Assembly (NCBI GenBank): GCA_965637545.1
Contig: OZ281497.1
Location: 28,272,001-28,336,000, forward strand
DNA: 64,000 nt
Direction: 5' to 3'
Origin: Phallusia mammillata
Taxonomy: Eukaryota
The stretch's first letter is position 1, and every line of letters starts with the position of its first letter. A program made the translations under genes and the position numbers. A model generated the notes under the pieces. That model ran no database searches and was not told where the DNA came from. It was given only the letters and a program-made list of their open reading frames with translations. This document shows, piece by piece, positions 49,801 through 62,029 of the stretch.

Positions 49801-51345
49801 ACTAACACTTGACGTAAACAAGATTTACGCACGGAACCTAGCATGAATACGATAATTATCGCCAAGTTAAAAAAATCATTTTTCCTCCACTCGCATCAAC
49901 TAACGGATCGTTTCTCGATGCTTCGCCACCGAAGGCTTAAAATTGTTTGCAACAAATAGGGCTTTGTTGTTTTCAGGGGGTGTTTTCATTCCTCAACCGT
50001 TTTTACAGAATGTTGCAAACAATGCGACGCGATGTCTGCGCACGTACGCAAAAAATCCTGCAACCCGTTCAAGCCTTTGATTCGTGAAAAACCACCTGTT
50101 TTCGAAAACCTGTCTTTCGTAACCGCTAAATCAGCCTTGTTGAGGGCAAGAAAAGATCCACGATACGAAAGCCTAAACACGAAAGCAATAGTTTAGTAAA
50201 GTTCACTGCTGTAAAACGCTTTGAAATCATATTTAACTGTGACGACGCTAAAATCATTATAAACGTGAGAAGTGGAAACATACAACACAATTTGAATACG
50301 TAACCTTTGAACTAGAGTATTAGTAATTACCAGAGTAAAAGCATATTCAATTTTATTGTGTTGTTGAGCAGGTTTGCACACGTTAAAAACAAAATAAAAA
50401 CAGATTTGTCGCATTTAACAACAGTAGCCTATATTGCGCATTTTTAGACTGATACCGTGTACCAGACTGGGATTGGGTAATTATTACAAAAACCGAGTTG
50501 TTGGGCTACGTGTGTCGCCGTATTGTTCGACTTAGCCTTTCTCCCGTTGTCGATTGCTGGTTTGTTTTACAATTTTCTACATATTTTGGTTGTCTTGTAA
50601 ACAACACTGCCACAAAAATGTGTGTTTAAATTTTCGCGGCAAATGCAAATTCTTTACTACCACTCGGTCTTGATTTGTTGATCAGTAAAGCTTTTTTGGA
50701 TGACGCTACTTGATGACTCGACAATGGATATGTTTTGTTTCGTCAAACGTTTTTGACTGTAAAAATACTTGAACCACTTTAACATCAGATGTAAAGAAGA
50801 TATACGCGCGAGACAATTGTCTACATTAATGTACTTTATGTTATGGTGACGTTAAAAAAAGTTAAAAACCTTGTTTCAATTACGCTGTATTGTATTCATT
50901 GGCAAAGTAACAATCAACCGTTGCTATTTTCCCTTACAATGTGCAAATAACGGATCATTGTTTATTTACTCTACCCAAGCAGCAGCCTAAAATAGCTTGC
51001 AATCAATAACGCATAGTTGTTTTTAGAGGGTGTTTTCCTTTTGCAAACAATGCGTCCTTTCACGCGATGTCTGGGCTCGTTCGCGGAAAATTCTTGCTGA
51101 CCGTTCAAGCGCTTTATTCGTGAAATTTCTGTCTTTTGTAGCAACTAAATTGGCCTATAGCTGCTGTGACTTGTTATTGCATTTGCAGCAAGTACTTAAG
51201 TAAATAGTATTGAAAAGTTTTGCGTAACCCATTCACCAGATACAAATGTTTTTACCACTCTCCGAACCACAGAAGAGGCTTGTAAAATTAACCATCATGA
51301 TGTTACAATGAAGAAACAAGCTGATAAACAGCTAGAGAGAGAGAT
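46900..51345. repeat. Tandem segmental duplication of a ~2.1-kb unit (copy 1 ~46900-48975; copy 2 ~48976-51345 with a ~400-bp insertion at ~50177-50580)
   Basis: Long colinear near-identities, e.g. ctgcgacttgtgtggagtgcag, gagacccctggtgtagat and cgtcaaacgtttttgactgtaaaaatactt each occur twice. Each unit holds an internal ~130-bp repeat (gcaaacaatgcg...aaaattcctgc). Confidence 0.9.
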
Positions 51346-52257
51346 AAAATAACAACACCAACAAAGCAATTTACGATATTGTTTTTGTCCGAAAAGATGT
51401 AGTTGATTGCCAGCACCAACAAACGTCCGAAAAGGCGCGCAGTTTTAAGAGTGAAAGAGTGTATGAGTATCCTATTGCTGACAACTTTTAAAGCGTCGTT
51501 TTGAAACATGATCCGGTTTAACATTCAAAACCAAAATATTTTGTACAATGTAAACCATGGTACCATGCCCGGATGTGAAACTGTGCTTTGTATTTATATT
51601 TACAATGTGAATGAGTCTTTTATTTTCTAAATAATAAGTACTTTCTTCTTTTTTATTATTCAAAGAGTTTTATTAGATTTTGGATTTAGTTATTTTTTAT
51701 TTGAATACCTACTGGAGGTTTACTGAATACTCGGTTTGCCGAATTTATTTAGCCAAATGCGGTCATTTTTGCAAAGATTCAGTTGCTGAGAAAATAATTT
51801 GTTGCGATTGGGCCGAAATCAAATCTTTTACGAACACACTTTTGAAGCAAGGTGTTTTTCCTGCTTCGTATGGTTCCACGCAATCTTTCAAACCATGTCA
51901 TAACGAAAATTGCGTCAACTATTATAGTTTGGAGCAAACGTGTTTTTACATCTTCACAATTTGGAGATAAAGGCGTTGCTCAGTAACCAGCCGTGACGCG
52001 AAAAACAAAATGTCGGTTTGCAGTTTACTGTAAATTTGGCTAAAAGTGCCTAATTGTCAAGTGAAGAAGCGCGAACTCGGTTAAGTAAAGGAACCGCGGA
52101 AAAGACAAGAGGCAAAGCAAGTGATGAAGTTCTATAGTTATGTGTGCTGTGGTCATTTTAACAAACTGTTAGCATCGAATACTCAATACATCAACCTGGG
52201 TTTTGGCATGTCTGCTTTTATAGTTAGTGTAGCTTTACACTGCTGCAGGTTATAAAT

Positions 52258-52512
52258 CAGTGGTTCTTAACTGGTGGTCCATGGACGTCCACTGAATTTG
52301 GTGATAAACTGAAGATGATTGTATACTACACATTGAAGAAGAGTCAGAATAATTTTGAAATACTTTTTGAAATTCGGTTTTAAAGAAGTTTGTTTTAAAC
52401 CAAAATGCTTGTTGCGTATGCCTACTTCAAGCTTGCTTAAAATTAAATTGGTCCACATAATTATTTTTACAGCGCCTGTGGTCCATGGACTGAAACGAGA
52501 TGAGCACCACTG
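52258..52512. mobile_element. hAT-type MITE
   Basis: TIRs cagtggttcttaac / gatgagcaccactg. Flanks ttataaat and ctataaac match at 6 of 8 positions. An internal gtggtccatggac occurs near both ends. Confidence 0.7.
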
Positions 52513-53514
52513 CTATAAACTGTTTTCGTAGTCACAGCAAAACGTAAACCGTACAGTTATTTCATATCATTACAAGCCTTGTACTGAAATGTCTTCTATG
52601 GCTGTTGGGTTATTTCTAATTACGGCAAAAAGTAGTAAGGCGAAACCGGGTTTATCACTAAAACGACTGTTTTGTATTGCTTGATATTGTCTGGTGATGT
52701 AGATTTGTCTGGGAATTTTTATGAACTGTTCGTGCATATCACTGCAGGTCACGTCTTATCTGTCAGGCGCGCACGTCAACGCTTTTGGCACAATGGTGCA
52801 GATAAAAAAACAGACCAATCACCTGACAATGGAAGTAGGAAACAACAAAAGAATGGAAACCGAGCAATCGTTAGTACAACAAATACAACAGGACCTATAT
52901 TAGCGGATTTGAGGCAATAACATTTTCTTGATGTAAATAGAAGCCTGTCAACTTGAGCCATTTTGCTTCGGCCTGATCTAATAGGGCCACGTCAGGACTT
53001 TCAACGAAAATCACCTCGAAGCATTTTGCACGATCGTTTTTTTATCGTAGATTACGGAATGCTTCGAGGCAAAGTGTTGACACAGCGATGAACGCTGTGT
53101 TGGCTGAAGTTATTCGTTTGGAAAGTGCAACTATCTACATCGTTGTGCCCAAAGCGTTGACGTGCGCGCCTAAAAGATAAGACGTGACCTGCAGTTCGGT
53201 CAGCTTGTCAAACGTTGCATGTCAAACCCATTTGAAAGCCGCAGTGTTAACAATGTATCCTGTGTTTTTTTTCGTTCAGTTTTTTCGTCCCACTTTTATT
53301 TGTTGTGTTTTTGATTTTTATAAGAACTGAAGATGCCATTAGGCGAAATATATATTCCAAGATTTCTATCGACTGATTTCGTTACTTGGAAAATACTTTT
53401 CATTCTTAGTTATTGAATTAATTAAACAGTGATCGTCGATGACCATGCTGCCTGTTACAGGGTCAGATACTGTTCGGTTTGAATACTCTCTGTTCAAATA
53501 CCTTATAAACCATT

Positions 53515-54180
53515 TTACTTACACTTCGTATCTTTAGAGCGTGGTCTTCGTCCCCTGACGAAAGTATCGCGTACCACAGGAACCGAAAGTCCAGTAACCG
53601 AATGTCGTTCCGCTGGTCGTCGAGCCCCGAAAGATAATTCAGGGGCAGCAAAATCAAACGCCAACCAATCGACGTTCTGCCGATGCGCTCGTTGATAGAA
53701 CCACACCGCCTTCTTATTGACACACCGTCTGTCTCTTTGAACCACCTGGGGGAAGTCAACACTTGCAATCTCCTTTTGATACAGGACAGAACGAAACTGC
53801 TGGAGGTATCTCGACAGGTGATAACCAGGACCAAAGATAGTGGCGTCGTAGAATTCCGAATATTTGGGAACGTTTTTGAGCTCACAGATCTTGAGACACC
53901 ACAGCCAAGTTTGAGTGGGCGCCCACCACTTGTATAGAGGAAACAAGGGATGAGACACCGCGGCGTTGCCTAGATAACGTCTCTCGGAATCAGAGAATTC
54001 TAGGGCCGTATTTAAAGGATCTTCAAAATCCGACAGATCTTCTTGCCTTTCTGCTAGCTGCCCGTATGTGCCTGGCACAGCCTCCGGTAGATCGTAGTTC
54101 TAGGAATCACTAAGTTCACCTTCTAAAATGCCTTCGTCGATTTCTTCTTGGTCAATCAAGTTATTCTCAACAGTAAACAT
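53515..54180 (-). pseudogene. Intronless ~221-codon orphan ORF with one in-frame TAG (codon 27); possible endogenous viral capsid/nucleocapsid-like sequence
   Basis: The ATG at 54180 is in frame with the 187-aa track ORF, with TAG at 54100-54102. Acidic N-terminus, visibly higher GC than the flanks, and a WLAFDF motif. Identity not established. Confidence 0.45.
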
Positions 54181-57100
54181 TATTGCAACTCGTAACTGTG
54201 CTGCATAACATTGTCCACAAAGTGTTTAATCTTTCTCTGTAATTTTTATTCACGCACCAAGTCTCATTTTCTCAAGGTAAAATAGAAGGCCGAAATGGAA
54301 CAAAACACTAGTTTTTATAGTTAGATTTTCCCTTTTTCTACGATTATTACAAAGCAGTCCCTTTTTTAAACCACATTAGTTGTTAGTTTGTTTTAACTTA
54401 AAAACTTGCAAAAATGCAAAGGTCGAAATATCGGCTGTAATAAATTGCGCAATTATTTCGCAATAACCAGCTTGCGCAACGACCCAGCATATGGCCAGGC
54501 GGCTCTGGCACAACAGGAAAACGAGTACATGAACTACTGTGGGACTAGTGACACTGAACATAAAAATTCCAACCATTACTGAATCACAAGAAGACACGAG
54601 CAAGTAAATAACACAACTCGATATCCAATGTCGCCAGCAGGCGTATGGATTTCACAGTTCTGCAAAGTTAATCTAGCAAAGTTGACAATTTCATTGCAGA
54701 CGAACACATTACAATAGTGAGAAACATGTTTACAAGAATTGCAGCATTTGCAGCGTTTGTCACATTATCCAAACTTAAAATTTTTCATCGCTTAATGCTT
54801 AGTCCAACCAAAGTGCTAAAACGATGGCTTGAAAACACGTGACCGCTACAAGCCGTATACTGCCAGGTTTTTAAGCAGAGAAAATATCATGAAGTTTTGA
54901 AAACCGCCGAGCAAGCGCTGAGATTGTGGTCTAAACGAATAAAACTTACGTAATAGTTTTCAGACCTGAGTATTTCACAGTAAACGAAGTCAGGCTTAAA
55001 TTTGTCAACAAATTGATTGTATGAGAAGAATTCGGGTTTACGTTTTGGTTTACAAAGCAGGAGTTAAAAATAAAAATTACGACATCACATATTGAAGTCG
55101 AAACAAGTTGGTTGCATACGGATGGATAAATCCAAGATGGATTCTGCTTCGCAAAATACAATTAAACGAACCTAACACATGTTTTTCATACATTGCCTCG
55201 CGTGTGTAATTTATAAGTATGAATTAGGCATAGTTTTCCGACTGGGTTTAATCACTTATATTTGTAGACAGGCCATTACTTGCGCATACCAAGTGTGACG
55301 GCAAGACCTGATCTGTCCTACTTCTCCTTGGTTCAATTTTTCTACGTTGGTCAAGAAGAAAACTGGTGAGTTTGTTTGTTGATTATCGTTAGTTGTGCTA
55401 GAAATCTCACTTCCGCCAATTCTTATGTTCCACGTCACCACGCTGGTTTAAACGACTGTTATGAAATCTTTAAACGTAATCTAAATTCGTCAATCGGTGT
55501 TGCCTTAAATCGATCGCAGGAAATACCGAGTTTCGTCACGGACCGAATGTATTTTATTGGTAATTAAACAACGCTGTTTTATTGTGTTTGTCTCGATCGA
55601 GGACCGCTACCTTATTTGGCGACGCTGATCTCAAACTTCATTTTACAGTACAATGAACTTTGTCTCGCTTGTTTTCATCCAACCCATTCCAAGTCTGTAT
55701 TTATGGACCCCTTTTCTCAAAGTGTACATTAGTTATTTTCCCCTTTTTTTGTCCAACGCTTGTTTGTTCCACCCGTTTTGCAAAACCAAGATGATCTTAG
55801 TGGTTCAGCATAGGTTCCCAAACGCCAATTTTTTTAACGGCCATATTTACCAATGCACATGATCCAATTTTATAGTTTCTTGGTTGGTGCATTGTAACGT
55901 ATTTCAAGGCATACGTTAAACATCCCAAGAGCAAAAACGTCACAAGTGAGGCACTTACTGGCGTAATACTGTGTTTTTTTTAAATATAGAGCGGGTGGTT
56001 TCTGCTTTGCTTTACGCATTTACAGAAGGTTTGCTAAGTAGTCTTTTCAGTGATTAGGAATCGGATTTTTAGCGCAGCAATGCTGTATGGTTTAATAAGT
56101 TAGCATGCGCATTGTAGACCTTAGGCCTGATGTAAACCCGTTCAACGATAGTTCGGTTTTAAAACCGTCAGACAAAACTTCAATGATAGACATAAAGGTC
56201 AAAAGATGAACTTGGTGTCTGCGAAAGCAAGGAGAAATGGCCATTAAACGGCCACTTGTAGCTTTGCCTTCGCACGACGAAGGGTCAGTGAAGGTCAGCT
56301 TGTAGGCATCGCAAAATACGGTTAGGAATAATTTGTAAAACCTTTGTCATAATAAGGCTTCCTTATTTTTGAGAAATAAACTCAAGAAACAATGCATGAA
56401 ATATGTATAATTTGGTCTAAACGTTGTTGTTTAACGTAAAATACTTCATGCTACTGGAAACTGTGTCGAAAGGTCATAAAACCTACTGAAAACTGTATTA
56501 AAAGGCCATAAACGCCATAAAAAGGTCATTCGGATTGCTAACAAAAAGGGACAGACTACTGCAATGCGGTATACATTTTGCGAAGTAATGTTAAGCCGCA
56601 AATGACTTCCAGTTGTTGTTTAAAATCTAAAAATCTCCAAATTATTACTGTTACTTATTTTCATGTACACGTGGGACCCATTGTGGCGATCATGGTGGCG
56701 CAGTAAGTAAAATGGGAACTCTGCTTTATTGCTTTGCCTAAATTGCTCTATATTCGACGTAAAGTTCCATATATGTGTGTAGTACGTTCAGTAACTCACA
56801 CTATTAATTGTGCAGACCGCCATTTTTGAGCCAGTTTGACCCTACCAGGAACTATGCAGCCAATATATGCTCTGGTGTGACACCTGGCGGTATACGACTT
56901 CAAGATGACACGAAGGCCGGAAGCGAAGCACTTAATGCAGAAGCACTGCGTTGGATGAAGGACAAACTGTTGAGGTACAAATGTTAATGACAAACCCTTA
57001 TAATTTATTCCACAACAGTCCGTTGCAAACACGCTTTACTGCTGGTTAACACCTTATACACACCAAGCAGATTTTAGATTTTTGGTTCAGAGAGATTTTA

Positions 57101-57449
57101 TGCAGCCGTACAGCAACGCAGCTTTTTTTACCTGGTAACCGTTAGTCACAATATGTCGGTGATCAGTAAAATACGTGACTTTTACAAGCTTTTCAGTTAT
57201 AAATATCGCGGCTAAAGCAATCTTATTGTTATGATGATCCTTATTGTAGAGATGTAGAAATTTATGAGTTTTTTTCCGTGTGGCTTTGTGGTAAGAAGGA
57301 AATATGAATCCGCGGTGTTAACGTTGACGCACCAGAGGTTTGGTTCCCGTGGTCTATATTTCGGAGCACATCAGGTGCAAAACTCTCATACATTTAAAAC
57401 ATAAACAAAAAATTATTTTCCGCTTTCAGTTGGATTAGATGAACTAGTT

Positions 57450-59250
57450 GTTTGGTGTAAATTGGAGGTGCAGAACTCTGGCACACTTGGAGGTGCAGAA
57501 CTCTGTTTCCCGTTGTTTTCAGGCAGGCACACCTGGAGGTGCAGAACTCTGTTCCCCGTGGTTTTGAACTCTGTTCCTCGTGGCTTTGAGGTGGGCACAC
57601 CCAAAATGTGCGGAGAATTGTGTCTTGTGGTTTAGATTGGACACACCTGGAGTTGCAGAACACTGTTCCCGTGGTTTTGCGGCAGGCACATTCGGAGGTG
57701 CAGAACTCTGGTGCAGCACTCTGAACCCGCTGTGTTGAAGCTGGCGAACCCGGAGGTGCAGAACTCCATTCTATTGGTGTTGAGATGGGCACACCTGGAG
57801 GTGCAGAACTCTGTTTCACGTGTTTTTTAGGCGGGTACACCCGGCGATGCAGAACTTTTTTCCCCAGAGTGTTGAGGCAAGAGCACCCAGTGGTGCTGCA
57901 CTCTGGACCCGCTGTGTTGAGGCTGATGCACCTGGAGATGAGGAACTCTTTTCCCCATGTTTTTTACTCTGTTTCCCGTGGTTTTGAAATGACACACGCG
58001 GAGGCGCGGAGCTCCGTTCCCCGTGTTTTTGAACTCTGTTCCTGGTGGTTCAGAGGCGGGCACCTTCGGACGTGAACAACACTGTTCCCTGTGGTGTAAA
58101 GGCGGGCACACCCGAAGGTGCAGACATCCTTTTCCGTGGTTTTAAGGTGGGCACACCTTGAGGTGCAGAATTATGTTCCCCAAAGTTTGGAGGCAAGAGC
58201 ACCCAGCACTTTGGACCTGCAATGTTGAGGCGGGCACACCCGAAGGTGGAGAACTCCTTTTCTCATGGTTTTGAAGCAGGTACTTTCGGAGGTGCAGAAG
58301 TATGTTCTCGTGGTTTGAGTCGGGCACACCCGGAGGTGCAGAACTCTGTTCCTCGGGTGTTGACGCAGGAGCACCCAGTGCTGCAACACCCACGACCTGC
58401 TGTGCTGAGGCTTACGCATCCGAAGCTGCAGAATTCCTGTCCCCCTGGTCTGCAGATGTCTGATGTGGAAGTACAAAACTAGTCGGGCGCCCTCCAAGGT
58501 GCAGCCCCTTAGTTTTTGGAGGTGCAGAAATCTGTTCCCCGTGGTGTGGAGGCAAGAGCAGTGGTGCAGCCCTCCTTTTCTAAGGTTTTGAGGTGATCAC
58601 ACCTGGAGGTGCAGAACACTGTTCCTCGTTGTGTTGAGACTACGGCACCCCCAATTGCAGAATAATGTCTTCCGTGGTTTTGGGGCGGACACACCTGCCT
58701 GTGCAGAACTCTGTTTCTCCTTGGTTTTGAAGCAGGCGTACCTGGAGTTGCAGATCTCTGTTCTCCGTAGTTTTGATGTGGGCACACCTTGAGGTGCAGA
58801 ACTTTGTTTCCCATTGTTTTGAGGCAGGCACACCTAGAGGTTTGGAACTCTGTTCCCCCTGGTGTGGAGGTAAGAGCACCCAGTGGTGCAGCACTCCTTT
58901 TCTAAGGCTTCAAGGTGATCACACCGGGAGGTGCAGAACACTGTTCCCCGTGGTGTTGAGACTGGTGCACTCGCAATTGCAGAACTTTGCTTCCCGTTGT
59001 TTTGAGGCAAGCACACCTGGAGTTGCAGAACAATGTTCTCCCGGGTTTTGAGGCGTGCACACCTGGAGGTGTAGAACTCCGTTCTCCGTGGTTTTGAGGC
59101 GAGAACACCTGGAGGTGCAAAACTCTCTTCCCTAGGGTGTTGACCTAGGAGCACTCAGTGGTGCAGAATTCCTGTCCCTGTTGTATTTTTATTATCGGAC
59201 CTGGAGGTACAAAACTCTAGTCAGGCGCCTTCGAAAGTTCTGCCCCTTGG
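57450..59250. repeat. GC-rich ~45-46-bp minisatellite array with higher-order structure
   Basis: Consensus GGCACACCTGGAGGTGCAGAACTCTGTTCCCCGTGGTTTTGAGGC, roughly 35-40 degenerate units. Two blocks end in a similar terminal sequence (58472-58510; 59208-59250). Confidence 0.92.
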
Positions 59251-59344
59251 ATCGCAACACGTCTTCGCTGGGCCTCTCGGCTACCTTGGGCTCACACGCA
59301 ATGTCAAGCATGTTGTAATTCTTGTTGTACATCACCTGTAACTA

Positions 59345-59643
59345 GTTGGGATTAACTCCAATCTCAAAACGTGTTGGGGGATGCTCTTAATGGGATAGTT
59401 TTACCCTCAGTATTTTTGATGGCAAAAATCCTTCAGAATGACATGCAATCGTTGCATTCTTAGAATGTCATTTGACAATTGGATGTGTGTGCCAACCTAG
59501 ATACATCAAGGACAATCCCAATTTAATGCCAAGCGTTCCTAATATCAAATATATTTGTTGACAGGCGCTTAACAAGTGCGAAAGCAAGACCTGATCTGCC
59601 CTTCTACTTCTCCATGGTCCAGTGTTGGTCAAGAAGGAGAGTG
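59345..59643 (+). pseudogene. Degenerate putative death-fold exon, with a partial second copy at ~55250-55365
   Basis: Both copies share gcaagacctgatctg..cttctcc.tggt..gttggtcaagaag..g|gt(a/g)ag. Across stops they read ISKRVGG..WDSF..AIVAFLE..YIC(R)QA..QVR(R/K)QDLI; the RxDL-like ending is typical of DED/DD helix 6. Confidence 0.4.
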
Positions 59644-62029
59644 GTAAGCTTTTGTGGTAATTATACTGTATTGTGTTCAAAGAGGCAATATTTGGAAGCG
59701 AGTGGGGTAAATTATGTATATTATTTGGTGTCTGTCTGTGTTCGAAAAAGTTTATCGAACAGCACGAAGAAATTTCAAATATTCAGAATTAAAACTAGTT
59801 ACGAAATCGAACACATGTGTCAATTTGAATAACACAGTAACCAATTGAATAAATCACATAAATGAAACCCTGTTTTTTGTACGTGGCAATTTCTTAATTG
59901 GAATACCTAAGCATAGCAGTTATAACCACATGTTATTTCAATTACAGAACATTTGACATTCCAGGTGTGAAACCAAACGTTTCCTTGGTAATTGTTCCAG
60001 TGATGTGTACGAACTTTGTTAAATTTTGCAGCAAAACATTTTGCCAAATGTCATTGCAGCAAAAATGAAAATTAGAGAATTATGTTCTCAAGTTTATTTG
60101 ATATGCCAAACTGCAAAGGCTCTGCTTTGGTTATTCTGCATAAATGCTAGCCTATGGTGATATCCAAATCTACCTTGGCCTGACTTGGTCATTCGCGCCT
60201 TGAAAACTCGCCTAGAAAAACGAAGTTTGCGCCCTGACACCAAGTCAATAAACGCCCAAGAGAAAACATCCGCATTGTTTGCGAACAAATTGCATTGTTG
60301 AGCAATGGAGACAATCCCTAACTTCTAAGCAGGATTTGCACAGTTTTAGTAGACTTTAAAGAGATTGGCGGTCTCAGCAAAATTGCTTCACCGAACCCAG
60401 TTTGAGAACTGCTCCTAAAAAGTAAAGATCGATTTATATTATATCGCCGCTATGGGCGATTATAAAAAAGTAACTAAAAAGATTATCATTCTGACAACTA
60501 CAAAAACATATGTATAAAATAATGCCCAAACAAAAACCATCACTAATATATGATAACACCCGACTACACCAACAAAGCAAACATGTCAATCCAAAGCCAA
60601 AAGAACTCAACTGGTATTCTCCAGGCACGCAAGGTATTTTTTCATGTCACGAGAAATGGTGTGTGATAATTTAAACTGTAACATTGATTGTTGTTTTATC
60701 ATGCACTGCTTTTTGCTTACGTTTGAGATCGGCTGGCACAAACCTCCATTACTCACAAAGCAATGTTGATACGAGAAGTCATTATCTCATTGAAATAACA
60801 AGCTAATAAATGTGGATCGGTGCCGACACCCGCAGTTTAAGTAACTATAGTCCGTCAGCAAGGGTGCTTTGTGCACCTATAACCTGACGATACCTCAGGA
60901 ACCCCACCGACTCCATGACGCGTTAGTGACCCCTTATTGACCGTTTCGAATCCACTTGGGGTCCCCAACCCTGATTTGGGAACCACAGGAACATGGAGTT
61001 GTTTAATTTCAATCCTCTCGCTTGCACCAGCGGCCAATCACGTTGTGAGCTGCAGAGCGCGCAACTCGTTCAGCCGAGAATAAATGTTGAGCGAGTAGTT
61101 CACTTCTTTCCAAATCATAGGCAGGAAATTCACTCGGTGCCTCCCACCGGGGAGAAGAAATGAGCGAAGTGCACGTTTCAATGGTATAATGCTTGCATTC
61201 GAATGTTGTGAATATCAGAAAAATTTTGAGGTGCAAAACTTTAATTTTTATTGTTGAAAACGATGCAACAAGTATTATTGTTACGTTACAATTGATTCAG
61301 TGTTTAGTACATGCGCAAAAAAATGTTAAATTATGCAGAAAAACGTTATCCCAATATTATTGACGTAATAAAAGATTAGGTAAGTTCATGTCAAGTCTGT
61401 AATCCGGAGTTTCGCAGCAAGGTTTCAAAACGTAATTGCACAGTAGAAAGGCAGTTTGCACAACCGCGTCGGCGTACCGAGACCATAATTGAACTATGAA
61501 TTGACAACTGGCAAAGACAATTTCAACAGAAAATATCTAATTTCACAAACTTCGTCAAATAGGCATTAATAAAGACAACGGATTAATAGTTTTTTATTGC
61601 TTGGAGGAACAAATGTTAACGTTGGACTAGTTTACATTGCTTTACAACCGACTACAGTCACAAGTAAATCTGTTGGTTTCCGAGAGTTGCAATTTCTCTT
61701 TGCCTAATATTGCATAACAAATATTGCAAATGTCTCAATTTTCTGTCTTAATTAATCTTGTGTTTTGGCTTTTTGGTTATTTTCTGGTGTTTAAAGCTTT
61801 TCTTATTGTAAAGGTTTAGGATTAAATTGTAAAAATATTTTATACACGTTAAACACACTGGTCTGAATTCTGTTTCGACGATCCATGTGGTATTCATCAA
61901 ATATTTTGGGAACTCTCAATCATTAGCGATGCTGGCATTATGTTGCAAGAAGTAACGATGTTACAACAAACATACAGTGAACACACCCTATTAACAATCA
62001 CTTAATAATAACTCAGAAAATCCCCAAGA

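Noticed and set aside
57450-59250. CRISPR array or repeat protein (many Pro/Gln-rich ORFs in the track)
   Set aside because: Eukaryotic context, no cas genes, and the 'spacers' are variants of one sequence. The 45-46-bp units shift frame and one frame has a stop in most units.
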